A stretch of DNA of 63,558 bases, counting the filler, from Folioceros fuciformis (lineage: Eukaryota), in assembly GCA_049999805.1 (NCBI GenBank). It is 18 parts of 18 records of this genome, joined end to end, with 100 filler letters (N's around TTAATTAATTAA, not from the genome) between each part and the next. Parts side by side here need not be neighbours in the genome. Positions count along the whole stretch, not along the records: positions 47,164 to 56,850 come from JBNGIO010006753.1; positions 56,951 to 59,377 come from JBNGIO010006754.1; positions 59,478 to 62,257 come from JBNGIO010006755.1; 15 more parts are not named here. The stretch is one strand, 5' to 3'. A program made the translations under genes and the position numbers. The notes under the pieces are model-generated. The model had not been told where the DNA came from and searched no databases. It saw only the letters and a program-made list of their open reading frames with translations. This document shows, piece by piece, positions 47,835-61,296 of the stretch; positions within the stretch are counted from its first letter, which is position 1; each line of letters begins with the position of its first letter.

Positions 47835-48215
47835 CTAAACCCTAAGCACAATGCTCTCCGTAAGTTGAAACACGATGCTCTTCGTAAGCTGAAGCACAAT
47901 GCTCTTTGTAAGCTTAAACACGATGTTGATGTTCTTCGTAAGCTTATACATGATGTTGATGCTCTTCATAAGCTTAAACACGATGTTGATGCTCTTTGTA
48001 AGCAGCTCTACAAAACACAAACACAATGCTCTAAGTAAGCTGATGCTGATGCTCTTCATAAGCAGCTCTACTAAACACAAACATAATGCTCTAAGTAAGC
48101 TGGTGCTGATGCTGATGCTCTTCTAAACACAAATGCAATGATCTAAGTAAGCTGGTGCTGATGCTAATGCTCTTCTAAACACAAACACAATGCTCTAAGT
48201 AAGCTGTTCTACCAA
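47835..48215. repeat. Degenerate short tandem repeats (ATGCTCTTCGTAAGC and AAACACAAACACAATGCTCTAAGTAAGCTG units)
   Basis: Multiple 21-60-bp reiterations visible; a separate 33-bp x3 repeat lies at 48425-48520. Confidence 0.8.
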
Positions 48216-49297
48216 ACACCCTATCTCGCATGTAGCTTTAAACCAGCTATGCTGCTTGTAAAATATATTTTAACCTTATTAAAGTTCAGTAGAGGAGGAA
48301 AAAAACAAGTTAAAAAAAAATGTGAAAAGTCTTGCGGACTTTGCTACAAAATGATGTATTTTAGCACTGACCGAGATTAGGCGGAGGAAGAAAGTTTAAT
48401 GTCTGCGATCCCTTCAAAGGACTTCCTGGACTTTTCTGACCCCGTGAATCTGCACTCCCTCGATTTTTCTGACCCGGTGAATTTGCACCGTTTGGATTTT
48501 TCTGACCTGGTGATTCTGCATACATAGAGGAGGAGAATATAATTAGAGATAATTGCTGAGATTACAACCCTCACATAAGCCTTGTTCTTCCTCCTGTTTC
48601 TCTCGTTCTATTCTCTTGTGCATCGGAGACCACCGTGTTTCTTCGTACAACGTAAGCAATGAAGTTAGATTGTAATGAACTTGAAACCGGCGGTTGATAC
48701 TATCTTCGCCCTATCCACCAGACTGAGAAGAGCATCGGATCGCAAACGTTTACTCATCCGTTTTGAGGGTATGTACAAGCCGCCGATGTGTACAACTACA
48801 ACGAAGAATTCTCATCTCCTGCCATTCGTTAGGGCGTGCATAAATTCCACAGCTTGCCCTAGCGATAGTCCTGCCTTCAAACTAGAAACTAAGGACACCT
48901 ACCTAATCCACGAACTGCCTACGTTCCCGCCTATAACCACCCTCCCCTCCTCAACCTATGACACTAAGCGAATACGCTACAATATTGCTTCCAGAAAATT
49001 GACTTCCATCCCAGGGCCCTGACGAGCACAGGACATACTGCTACACTAGGCTATCTAAAAACACAAACGATATGGTCATTGCAATGGCAACGCCCACCAA
49101 ATCAGGACAAGACACGGATCCAAGGCTCTATTCTATGCCGCGGGTAGGACCCTCAGAGACATTCAACCGCATGTACAAAGTTCATCTGAAAACGAGCCTG
49201 TTGCTACGAGTCTCGCATGACGCATTCTAGAAAAGGACGACCAACCCCTCTCCCTCTCGCCTCTCCCCCGTTCCCCCTCCCCTTTCCCAAGCCCCTC

Positions 49298-52200
49298 TCA
49301 GGTCTTGTCAGGCCGAGGAACAGGACCTTCAACTCGGCGACGAGGTATGTACTTAAATGGGGCTTGCATGCGATACACCTTCCTTCCCTGCACACTACCA
49401 CTGACACAACCGCTGCTCCCCCCTCTTGATTGCTCACCTCTTCTATCAAGACCACTGCTTGCACCCCTGCGACTATCACCTTCATTTCCGGTTGAGCCAC
49501 GATTGGTATCAACATTGTCTTGTGAAACCAATTGGCTATCCGGAGTTGGCCTGTCATCATCGCAACTTCCCACCCGGTCTCCAGATGACCATCCCGCTCC
49601 ATGCAAAGCTTGTTCATTGGCATCGTCTGACCCATTTCCACGAGAGCTTGGTTGTCCTCCAGCCCCGGCAAGCGAGCCCTGTATTGCATTCGTCGGAGTA
49701 GATAAAACCTCTGACTCAACCTCAGACTCACCCTCAGAATCTACCAAGTCTGAATCTTGAACCCATCCTCCCTCTCTGATGGCTTCCTCCCACCCTGGCC
49801 ACAGCAAGAAATCCAAAAAACATTAGCAGGCACACAAACGTTATTTTGGCTGAGCACACAAACAAAACACGGAGCAGCTCACAAGAACTCACTCGAGCGA
49901 TTAAACTCTTCCAACATTTTGCAATATGCTAACAGTTCTTTCTCTTTGTCTACTTCCTTCTCGACAGAGCCAGAATCCACCCACTGTCCTTCCGGTGTAG
50001 TTGGTTGAGGCTCCTTGGTAGAGAGCGCCACGGACGTCGCCACTCCGGCAGCATTAGGTCCTGGAGCAAGACAACAAATCAGTTAACATCATGAGTTTCA
50101 AACAAAAAAGACACATAACTCCATTTTTACACTCCACATCAGACAGGGTACGCAGATGTTCCTGATCTGCTCAGCATCAGTAAGACCTCGGTAGCCATGT
50201 GCAGTGCTTAGGAGTCAAATATGACAGCCAGCATACATCAACTCAATACAAGAAAAGGTTTCAACACTGGCACCCTCTTGATCGTCATGAACATCTCTAT
50301 TTGTGGCAAAGATGTCACGGCCAAGCACAGATCCACAATTGGATAGTTTTTGGCGGTCACCAACCACGCCAACAGCACGCCAGACTTTAGCAGTTCCAGA
50401 TCTGTTGGCTCCAGTAGGCCAGCCTTGCTTTGCCAACCTTTCAAACCCAGGTAGAGGCATACCAGTGGGTCTAGCGTCAGTTCGCTCGCCAAGTGTGCTG
50501 CCCTGTGTCCTAGAGGGGACACTGACACTGCCACCCACATGACCCTTCCAGTGTCCTGAAGGCCCCTGGATCCAACCCGCTGTTGGGTTCTCAGAGGATC
50601 TCGTTCCGGTGTTTACGACACTGGCGATTGAGCTCCTCGTTGCATATTCGCGGCCTGGATGCAGGATCCTGGAGATCTCCCACGCTGCCACCTCTCTAGG
50701 ACCAGAATCGTTCACTTTCAACTTAATGGGAACAGATCCCACAAGAAGCTGGCCGTTTGAGACCTCTGGATGTTGTGCATCCACAGCGAGGTGTGCAGTG
50801 CCTTCAGTTCGGTCAGCCTTCCTTCCACGCAGGTGAGCCGATTTGTACAGATCACTCCTGAGAACCCCGCTGCCAGCAGAAGGGCCCCCGCTGCCAGCTT
50901 CATTACCTGTGGACAATGGGTTTTGGACAGTCGACGGAGGGATTGGTGGGAATTCCACATCAAAATCAAAGGAGGCTGACGACGATGATCCACTCGGCAC
51001 AGCAGGTATGGCCTCAACAGGACCAGTCGACAAAATTTCCTTGCTAGTTGAAGCCACAACCTCCCTCCCCTGCGTTGAAGGTGTGCGTGTTGTCCCACTT
51101 GCAACGATTGGCTTCGTACCAGCAAACTGTTCCTTCAATTCATCAGACTCCGGCCTGCTAAATCCTTTCAGCTCTGCATCATCCTTGATGCCAGCTTCGC
51201 TCACCTGCGTCTCCTTAGCATCGGAACCCACACTGTGCACTGACTTCGGTGCCCACACTCCAAGCTGCCCGCTCCCTCCTGGTGAAGGAGGTCTAACCTT
51301 TTGAGACACAGTGCGAAAGTGCTGTGACCTTGGCTCAGGGGACGGGACATGAGCAACTGCCTCCACCTTAGCAGGGTGAGGTACAACAGGATTGGGCTTC
51401 CTCAACGACCTGTATGTACTCGGCGGAGCAACCTCCAAAGATTTACCATCCGCCCCACGGACAGGCCTGTCATCCGAGCACGCGGTCACCTCATGCGTAT
51501 CGGTTTGCGGCTTCCTTACGGGCTTCCTATTTGCAACACTCCGATCTGCTTCAGGTCTTCTGACATCTGAAACAACGGCCTTATCCTGCTCTGACTTTAC
51601 AATCTTAGATCCTCCTTCGGCTCGTTTACCCTGCTTACTGGGACTTGCAAAAGAACTTGCTCCCCGCTCAACACTGCCAGGGAATCCAGATTCCTGAGCA
51701 CGAGACAGAGACGGCACACATGTTGTCACAGACTTCTCCTCCACTGCATCACTTGATAACTGCGTTGGACTCGAACGGCTCAAGGGAATCTCCTGACTGA
51801 GTCCCCATGCCAACCCTGTTGGCTCCAAAGCTGAGGCCTGGGAAGCTCCTTGAACGTCAGAAGTTATAAAGTCCGGAACAACTGGAGGCGGTACACTGAG
51901 AACCACATCCGTACTGCCAAGCTGACCGGCCCGTGCTCCACCTTCAGTAACTGGGCCAACAGAGAAAGAGGGAGATTCTGCCATATCCTCTTGTGCATCT
52001 CCTCCTTCAACGTTGCTTCGAATATCCAGCGAAGCTAATTCACTCGCAGCCACAGCAGACTCGGGTGGAGCACCTCCTCCTTCAACCCTGCTTCCAGAAC
52101 CCAGAGACCGAGATTCTAGTTCACTTAACATCGGACCTGACGAGACAGATCTTGGAGAATCTTCCTGAGCATCTCCATCAACCACAACCTTCTGGGTATC

Positions 52201-54559
52201 TTGCAGGTGAGACTCTGTTTCAGCCGACAAGAGAGCTGAAGAGATTTCCTTCCGCTCTCTTTCTTGCAGCTTCCTTTCCGTCTTCAACCTTCTCCTCTCA
52301 AGATTCTCAGCTTGCCTGCAGGAAGGTTTGTAACATTACCGGCACAGCCAGAGGCATTTCCGACAGGTAACAACACACGAAACTGTGATAGTGGACAAAA
52401 CTCCAAAAAAAGGAACAAGATTAGAAGAATTGCTGCTTACCTTTTTCGGAAAGCTTCCTCTTCTGCCACGAGTTCGTTAGAATACTTCAGGGATTCTGTT
52501 TGTTTGTCCTTGATCCACTCCTTCAGCTGCAGTCGCAGTTACCAACACAGATTTATTGAGCTCTGTTCAAACTAAATCGCAAATGACTATGTGTCTCGCT
52601 GAGATCAAGCAGCAATTGTTTACTTCGTGGTGACTATGCAGAAGTTCATCATGCAAAAGACGCTTGCTCAAGTAGTGACGGTACAAGACGACAAGGGAAC
52701 AACAATCAACTTACCAATGCTCCTTCAAGGATGAAAGCTAGAAAGGACACAAGATTCTTGTCTTCCATCCCTATTTTCTCATCACCCGAAAAGACCTTGT
52801 TGTTGCCCGGATCTGCGCTCCCAACCAGAAAGGTCTTTTCACTGGCAGAATCGAAAGTCCTGAACAGCTTCTCCGCATTCCAGGAAACCTCCTTCCGCTC
52901 GTTCAGTACCATGCCCTGTCATTCAATCGAGTAGGACTTAGCACGAAAGTATCCCTCGCAGCAGACCACAGATGAAGGCTGATGCAAGCCTCATCCAGTT
53001 CATGGAGGAACAAGGTTGCATCACTCACTTACCAGGAGATCCGTTCCACAATTTTGGTAAAACACAGGTAGAGAAATTTGCTGTTTGCTCAAGGCCTCTA
53101 CAACCTTATTGACCGAATAGTCTCCAGATGACGATCCCTGCAAATTTGATCATGCTATCCTTCAGTACTGTGAAAGGTTCCCTAAAACTGGGGGGGGGGG
53201 GGACCCAGCAATGAAGCATAGTCCATTTGAAGGAAACCTGCGCTGACAAGCAACTGGGCCACATATGGGTGTCGCTGTGTCCGACCTTCACAAGTAGGCT
53301 CTCGAACAAGTCAAACCGCTCGCGAGGTGATTTCTGGTTACATGACACAAAATGAACGTCAAGTAGTGACTATCATGTGCCGCCCATCATACACACGTAA
53401 CTATCACAAATGTCACATACCCTTTCCCAAAAGGCGGCAATATCCGGCCGTGACTTGTTCCAATCCTCCTGCAACAGCAAAGTGTCAATATTGGAACACT
53501 TCCCTCGACACATGAGAAAACGTTACACAGTGAGAGACATAATTAAACAATATACCTTGTCAGAATCAAAAATCTTCTTATGCGAACGGTTGTGCCTGCG
53601 GATGTTGATGTCAGATATGAACTCTCGATGACACTGCACCTTCGCGCACTTTTGAAGTTGAGGCTTTGTGCTGTTCGAACTAAGCGACCAGGCAGGTAAT
53701 TGATCTGCAAAAATTCAGAGTGTGAGTAACAATAGTCACTCCGTTCTAAGAGCCGCTTCTACCCTTTTGAAGAAGCCAGAAAAAGGACTCTGCCTCAGAA
53801 ATATTTCCCAAGGACTGTCTCACCAGCCTTCCCTGAAGCTTGAGCAAAAGCCACAAGTGCTTGGAGCACTTTGAAAGGGTTCATCCGATCACCTGATAAA
53901 GGCAGCGACCTTGCCACACCTGCCCCTGCCCTGACAGAGTCACCCGAAGCATCTCTGAGCAATTCGGAGTCAACAGCACCGCCCAGGTTGTCATCAGCTC
54001 CAGGATCTCGAGATTCATTTACTGTCTTGAAAGGAAGGATAGAGCGCCTAGGCAAAGGTCGGTCTGAAGGTCGGCTTGCAAAAGACATGTACGGTTCGCG
54101 ACCCATTGTTTGCCTGATGAAATTATCCAACGACTCTTGGACCTTTCGGTCATTGTCCGCTTGCTCTTTTGCCCTCAATTCATCTGCCGATAAGGCATCC
54201 CCACTCATTCTTCTAACACCAGCCCCTGCCTTGACTGCACCCATACTGGACACCTCTTTTTCCATACAAGCCAACCGTGCTTTAAGTTGTTTGGCACACT
54301 TCTTCTCTGCCTTTTTCACCTCATGCCCATTTTCAACCACGCCATCCTGATGTGATGGTCTGGTCCCTTCAGCTACAATGGCAGATAAGCGTGTGTGTCC
54401 CTCAACAAGACTGCCTCTCCGCCTCCTCAAGCTAGAAAGGTCACCATCTTCTCTATCCACAGGATGTCCATTAGTAGATCTTCCATCTACACGGTAAGAG
54501 ATGTCTTTGTTCAAGCTTGGGTCGTGCTCTGGATAACGAGACGACAATGTTTTAGGAAA
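49298..54559 (-). CDS. Plant C2H2-type zinc-finger protein with coiled coil and long disordered region; 5' exons uncertain
   Basis: DQLPAWSL...QLQKCAKVQCHREFISDINIRRHNRSH, FDSASEKTFL, KNLVSFLAFILE, ELVAEEEAFRK|QAENLERRR, WEEAI and terminal FKYIPR match a conserved plant C2H2-like family. Confidence 0.8.
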
Positions 54560-55065
54560 CTAGTGGCCATCGGAATGGCGATTAAAGATCCAGCGGTCAG
54601 GATGTCTGCAAGAAAATCTTTTGCGAAGATTATCTTACCGTGCGAAGCTCTCTGTTCTCCACTAAGCAGTAAGCTGCCAGGTTTAAAACCGGCTTCTAGG
54701 TCCCGAAAGCCTACATTGGCATCTCCTCTCCTAAGAGGTATGACCGCTTGATCATCAGGTTGCTGAAAGCTCGCATAGGAACTGCACAACATAGTAGTGA
54801 GTTGAGCCCATTAAACACAGCCCACCAGATGGAAACATACAAGACAAAGGTAAGGGACCAAGATACATCGATGCAGACACTAGTGTCCTACATGAATGCC
54901 AACAACAAATCTACAACACGAGCTCCGATCATCCACGCCCAGTAAATGAACAAATATGTGGATTGAGTACGATAGAACATCAACAGAATGATAAGACACA
55001 CCAAAAAGAAACTAACAAGCAGCTCAATACCACCACAGCTGGTCTGTTAGTTTCAAATCCTAAAG

Positions 55066-56019
55066 CTATGGGGAGTGCAATAAACGAGAAACATAAACGG
55101 ACAAATGTGCGACCATCAGAATAGAGACTTCACATAGCAAGTGTAGAACCCAAGGCCTGTGGGCACTTGACACCAACCTGCTTGTTCCATTCGTATGAGC
55201 AACAGTGACCCGTTCCCCTGAGCCTAAATGTGTGGTAAGGAGAGTTTCGCCGCTCTCACATGCATACTCCCCGGTTCCCCTCAACGGAGGACCTGGACAA
55301 TGTGCCGAGGAAACCAAGTCCCCAGAGCAATAGAGGTCCATCTCCTTAGACAGGAAGCGAGAAGGATCCTTGCGTACAGCCAGCGAGAGGAGTTGCTTGT
55401 CAACACTAGCACGTCCCTGAGGGACGTTAAGAGCCTTGAGCGGCGAAGTGGATGGAGAGCATTGGTTTCCCAATGGCCTGCCCCAAGCAGGATTGTCCTC
55501 GGAGTAAAAAAATTCACCATTACCATCCTGTTGTAAATCTAAAGCATAACTCAACTTGTCCGGGGCGACGAGTCCATCCGCACATGGTGCAACTTTAGCC
55601 CCCGCTGACGGACCAGGGTCCTCGGCCACATCGCTACTCTCAAAACTTCCGGTATCGAAACTAGTGACACTGCCACCTATGTCAACAACATGACCCCTAG
55701 AGTGATCGGATTCCTCAGAAAAACCCCAGTCACCTGCATCAGTATCTGTACTACCGGAGGAAGCGATAGACGGGTAGCTGCCCTCATCCGAAACACCATC
55801 ACAATCAGGTTCCCATGTGCCAAGCTTGTGGACTAAGGAGACATGATCTCCAAGACTTATCAAGGGGCCATCACCACGTTGACCATTTGCAGAATCAGCA
55901 ACCAACTCGGGGGATGGGGTGCCTTTCTTGAACGCAGACTGCTCAAGGCATCCAGGAGCCAGCACGGTAGCAGAATTGCAAAAGTTCACCTCCACTCCAT
56001 GCACCCAAGTGTTTGTCAT
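55066..56019 (-). CDS. Ser/Asp/Gly-rich ORF, possibly a 5' exon of the C2H2 gene
   Basis: About 317 open codons from ATG 56019 on the same strand; the splice link to downstream exons could not be resolved. Confidence 0.45.
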   Translation of the reverse strand: MTNTWVHGVEVNFCNSATVLAPGCLEQSAFKKGTPSPELVADSANGQRGDGPLISLGDHVSLVHKLGTWEPDCDGVSDEGSYPSIASSGSTDTDAGDWGFSEESDHSRGHVVDIGGSVTSFDTGSFESSDVAEDPGPSAGAKVAPCADGLVAPDKLSYALDLQQDGNGEFFYSEDNPAWGRPLGNQCSPSTSPLKALNVPQGRASVDKQLLSLAVRKDPSRFLSKEMDLYCSGDLVSSAHCPGPPLRGTGEYACESGETLLTTHLGSGERVTVAHTNGTSRLVSSAHRPWVLHLLCEVSILMVAHLSVYVSRLLHSP

Positions 56020-57312
56020 ACCAGGCCAGGCGTTGAGATGGCTGTGGGGGAAGGCAAGGGCGGTGAATGACGCAGATGGAACTGCAGACGGCGGGGAAAA
56101 AAAAAAACAGTCCGGCAAGGTGCCCGCCAGCAAGCTGCTCCACTAGCAGCAGCCAATGCGCGGCAGAAGCCAGGAGGTGCAGTCTAACTCAGGGAGCAAC
56201 ACCGATCGCACCGACCGGCCAAGCACAGCAGCGCGGGGGGCAACACTGGTGATGGTCAGATCCAGCGGCACGCATTCACGCAAAGGCGTCACGTCCCAAA
56301 CCTAAACACCACGGTCACCGCCTGCACATGATCTTGAATAGCCGCAAAAGCAACAATGCGGCCACCCTCCTCTCCCAGGGTCAGATGGCTCAGGCCGCCC
56401 GCATCGCCGCCATGAGCAAGTCGATGCGCCACTTCCAACACAATCACCTAGTCTGGTCCGGTCCACTCACAGTTGCGTGATACTATCCACCGCCAAGAGC
56501 ACGTATGAGCGACAACCTACTCGCCCACGGCCGCAGTCAGAACCCCGGGACGCGCCACACCACCAATTGCGCTGCAGCTAGATCCGCACCAGAATTGGGC
56601 GCACAAACATGGGAGAGGGAGAGGGAGAAAAGGGGGGAGAAAATGCAGGCGGCAGGTCACGCACACTGGAATGCCAACCCCGTGACGAGGGCTGGCAATC
56701 TTGAAATCTGAGGGCGGAGCAACTACATGCAGGGGCAATCGACGAGGGGGGAGGCGTCCCGGATCAGGGCGGCGGGTGCAAGAATCGCACAGCAAGCCAG
56801 GCAGGCGGCGGCAGAGGCAGGTGCGGCGGGCCGGCAGCAGAGGAACAGGCNNNNNNNNNNNNNNNNNNNNNNNNNNNNNNNNNNNNNNNNNNNNTTAATT
56901 AATTAANNNNNNNNNNNNNNNNNNNNNNNNNNNNNNNNNNNNNNNNNNNNTCCCAGGCCCAATCTCTTTTACATGGGAGGCAAGTGCACATAGTTTGTTG
57001 GACAAGTAGTTGGTCTCCGCGGGGTTTACTTTCATGACAGAACCAAGTGCCCTGGCTTTCTGTATTGCCGTCGTTACAGGTGGTGGGACAAAAATCACCA
57101 CGGGCCCGCAGGTGTGAAATGTACCTGACAAGCCCAGACTCCGACGTCGGTGGTTCTGCAAACTAAGACTAAGAAACACTGGCGGAGCTTGAACTGACCT
57201 TACTACAAACCCATCCCTATGCCGCCCACAACCGTGTAACGAAAGAATCACGCTATCCTATCCTAACAAGCAAACTAAAGACTGCCCTACTTCTGTCGCA
57301 AAACTGCCAGAA

Positions 57313-59377
57313 TCAAATGTCATCCAGCTCATTCCCAAAACTCTTGGTCGTAGCAGGCTTTAAAGCCCCTTCTTCCAAGAGGCCTCCAGTATTTTCCGAC
57401 AGAGCGACATACTTCACATTCTGCAGTGCATCCCTGTCGGTGTCGCACCTGGCCTTGCACACGCAGAAGAACACTGTGTGCACAAGTACGGAGAGGAAGA
57501 TGACGAAAGTCATCACCAAACTCACCACAAGCACATAGAGGAAAGACCACCCAAATCCTGAATTCCCTGTAATAGCCCTCGCGAGGATGCTGGTCAAGTA
57601 GTTGATAAGGAGTCCACCGTAGAAGAGGGAGAGATTGATCCCCAGCGCTAACCAAACCCTTTTTGCTGACGTGAGAAGAGTGAAGCTCCGGATGAGTGCT
57701 TTCACTCCCCACGTAGCTGGTCTCTCCAAGATCACCACGGGAAAAGCAAGACTCCAGACTGTAGTCACATAGATTATCCCCACAGCATAGAGAAACAACA
57801 TGAAGATCTGCAACTCGACGGAAGCTGCAAGGCCACGGTGACAGTTCAGTATGTGCATCTAGGTCGATCCGACAAAACGCGGATCCAGACAAACCCCAGC
57901 CTCGGTACTTACACGCCCGAAAGACCTGCAAAACGGCTGCCAGAGAGCCGAAAAACACTGTCATGGTGATAGCGCCTGTGCCAAATACACGAAGTGCAGT
58001 TTCTGGCATGGACCTGAGGGGAGCAACAAGCAGGATTCCATCAGGCCACACATTCGTGCCTTAGACTTCCTCTGGCATGTACGTACAAAATGCTTCAAGG
58101 AAAGAAAGGGGTGCTTAAAGTTTCTTAAGCTCACCTGAGAATGTCTCCAAAGAAGAAGTCCATGGGTTGCCAGATGTGTCCAACCCCAAACTTCGTCCCG
58201 TAGATGCCAGCCACTGCTTCGGTCAGTGATATGACTGACACAAGGGTCAGGACGATGAGCAGTGAGAAGGCGCACACGTACAGGAACACAATCAATGCAA
58301 AGTGACTGCTGCCAGAGTCGCCGGAAGGCATAGACTCCTGATTGTCCTCGGCGGATGGCACATTATCTGGGTTTGAGTTTGCATCTCCCCCCGGATTGTT
58401 GTCAGATGCATCTGGTTGTTGGTCACCAGCTACCCCACCCTCATCGGAGCCAGTTCCATTAGCATCCGCTGGTGGAGCACCGTTCCCAAACGGATCCTGC
58501 GGAGGATCCTCAACGTTGCTGTCGTCGTAGTCTTCAGTTGAAGGAGGGGCTCCGAAATCACTAGAACCTTCTGTAGAGGGACCCTGATCAGACTGCTCCA
58601 CATCGAGTGGCGGAGGAATGAGGTCCGAATCCTCTGAAGGAGGGACCTCATTCGTGTCCTCCACTGGTGGAGGCAACTGATTGGGGTCTTCTACTGGTGG
58701 AGGGAACTGATTGGGGTCTGCCACTGGTGGCGGGAGCTGATTGGGGTCTTCCACTGGTGGAGGGAACTGAAACGGGTCATCAACTGGTGGAGGGAACTGA
58801 TTCGGGTCTTCAACTGGTGGAGAGGACTGGTTCGGGTCTTCCACTGGTGGAGAGGTCTGATTCGGGTCCTCCGCATCTGGGTCAAACTGATTAGGATCTT
58901 CCTGCGGAGGAGACTGGTTGGGATCCTCCACGTCCGGCGGTGGAGGTTGAGCGAACTCATTCGGGTCCTGCACGTCTGCACTCCCATCTGAAGAGTAGTC
59001 CCCAGTGGCGTCGTAATCCGACAGACCTCTGCCCACGACAAGCAAGTGCCCTACTTCTGCATCTTCCTTGTCCTCAGTCTCCCCAAAAATCGGCCTGAGG
59101 AAATACCTGGGCCACGAAGAAAAGGGGCCTCCGAAATAGTAGAAGGCGATCTCGGACGCCGACTCTGCCACAGGCACCTTAGACGAATTCCTTCCAAGAT
59201 GTAAGGTTCTCCAGTACGCATCCTCCGCAGCTAGAGTTCCTTTCAGAGCGTGATTCACTGCAGTGGAGACGAACACCAGGGGGAGGACGAAGACGAGAGT
59301 CAGCAGCAGGAGTTTCTTTGGGTGCGCCCGAATAAGCCCCAGGGACTCCTGGTAGATTCCCACGAAACCCAGGTGCG
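57313..59377 (-). CDS. Multi-pass membrane protein of an uncharacterised plant family with a large acidic Pro-rich repeat insert; 5'-truncated, 3 exons
   Basis: GFVGIYQESLGLI...LLLLTLVFVLPL N-terminus and YVTTVWSLAFPVVILE...GVKALIRSFTLL C-terminal motif; about six to seven hydrophobic helices. Confidence 0.8.
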
Positions 59378-59477
59378 NNNNNNNNNNNNNNNNNNNNNNN
59401 NNNNNNNNNNNNNNNNNNNNNTTAATTAATTAANNNNNNNNNNNNNNNNNNNNNNNNNNNNNNNNNNNNNNNNNNNN

Positions 59478-61296
59478 AACACCACATGAGTTTAGCTCAT
59501 ATAGAGCTCGATAACTCAACAAGGGAGCTTATAGGAGTGACCATAATCATAGGGACCATTCCCTACCTCCTAGATTACGTGGTATTCCACACAAGGCACC
59601 AAGGTATGACATTTTGCCAGGCATAACTTGGTTGTATGGTTCAAGGTGCAAGTTGTCATGGGGGAGGAAGGAGGTAGTCTTCAAGTCACTAGAATGGGAC
59701 CCCAAGACAAAGGAGGGCAGGATTTGCTCGAGTTGGAGCCGGGATACTTATTTTGGTGAGACACCCACAAAGACGGAGGGGTATACATCTGCGGAGGACA
59801 CATTTGATTGGGAGGAGAAAGAAAAGGAAGACAAGTTTCCCTTTGCACACATATCATGGTCAGATGAGGAGGGGGACTACCGGAGGGACATTCCTTATTC
59901 CCTTAACTGAGTGGAATGTTTTGGACTCACCCTAGACTGCACCACGGTGGGGATAGAAGGAGCAACCGTGGATGAACCGTGGAGGAGCAACCCGCTTTGG
60001 TCGGTTGGTGTGCCTCGCCATCGCACTCGGTACCCGATTCCATCTTCATGGTCATCCTTTGCACAGGTGTCGCTGACAATTTGCCTCTGTGCTTGCTGAG
60101 TTGAGAGGTAATCACTCATGATAGTCTTCTTCCCACAGATTCCCGTCAACACGGACTGGGGTTGTTGGATCTATAGGCTCTCATACCAAAGATGCAAAAA
60201 CCCAAATGTGCAAATATTGCTTAGTGAGACTCTTCATAGCCTAGTTTGGCCCTCCCATTGATGTCCGTTCCTTATAAGGCCTTGGCTAGGTTCAATCCAA
60301 AAGGTCAGAGATGGTTGTTGGGAGGTCGTTACAATTATGTTCTTGCTGAACATAACTAACCGTCCTAATTGTACCCTTAACGCCTAATTACCCACAGTTT
60401 GTTTACCATGTGCCCTAGTTTACCTAGTGTGTTTAGTCACGGTGTCTATTTGGCACTTATCCTCTCCGCAATGTTTAGGATGGTGAGTGGAGGAGGTAGG
60501 GGTACCCCTACTTAAAGTTGGTTGGTTCAGAATGAGACTTCATTCGAGTTGCAAGGTCGGCTGGGCAACGATTGTGGCAAACAACCCGACCCTTGGGTAA
60601 TTTTGGCTCCACAATTGTACATCTCATGTCGGGCTAGTGTGTCCATGACACTATCTAATAAAGGCAAACGATGATGGTCCTTTCATATTGCCTCATTCAA
60701 CTAACAAAAATTGTGTCTTCCCTTTTTGCTTTTTGGGCACCATGATGTGGGTGCCACCCACTTGCTAGTTATGACCGGGTTAATGACTCTAGTCTCCAAG
60801 CGTTGATGCAATTGCTCATTCACCACCATGGAGTACTTTGAATAAAGCTGGTATCGCTTAATGTGCATGGGTTGCTTCCTTCTTTGTGGTCAATGCGATG
60901 GATGCCCAACAACTCTGGAATGCTTGTCATGTTCGTGACTTTGAAGGTGAAGGCATCAATATACTCTTAGAGGAGGGTATGGAAGGCTTCTTTCTCCTCA
61001 TAAGAAAGGTACTTGAAGATCTTGACCACCTTGCTTGGCTCTAGTTCCATGTCCTACATAGCCTCTAGGTCAACATAAGTCCCCTTAGAACTATTCCAAG
61101 GGCTTGTACTTGTGCCATCCTTTGAAAAATTGCAATTCTTTCCTTCTCTCCAAAAGGATTCCACTAGACTTTTTCGGACCTCCTCCTTGACTTGGAAACA
61201 ACTTCGAACCTCAGAAGGTCTAATGGTTGGTCCAATCCCCTAATCTTGGTAGGCTTGGTCGTATTGGGTGGTGTCAAAGTTTTTTGGAGGTGGAAG
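59478..61296. mobile_element. Decayed Ty3/gypsy remnants: protease-like piece on + (~59520-59700) and RT N-terminus on - (~61030-60700)
   Basis: + strand YDILPGITWLY; - strand LL*EYIDAF...IHRID...SKWVAP/IMVPKK with a stop and frameshifts. Confidence 0.7.

Noticed and set aside
53190-53202. G13 run
   Set aside because: Reads as a C-rich polypyrimidine tract before an acceptor of the minus-strand C2H2 gene.
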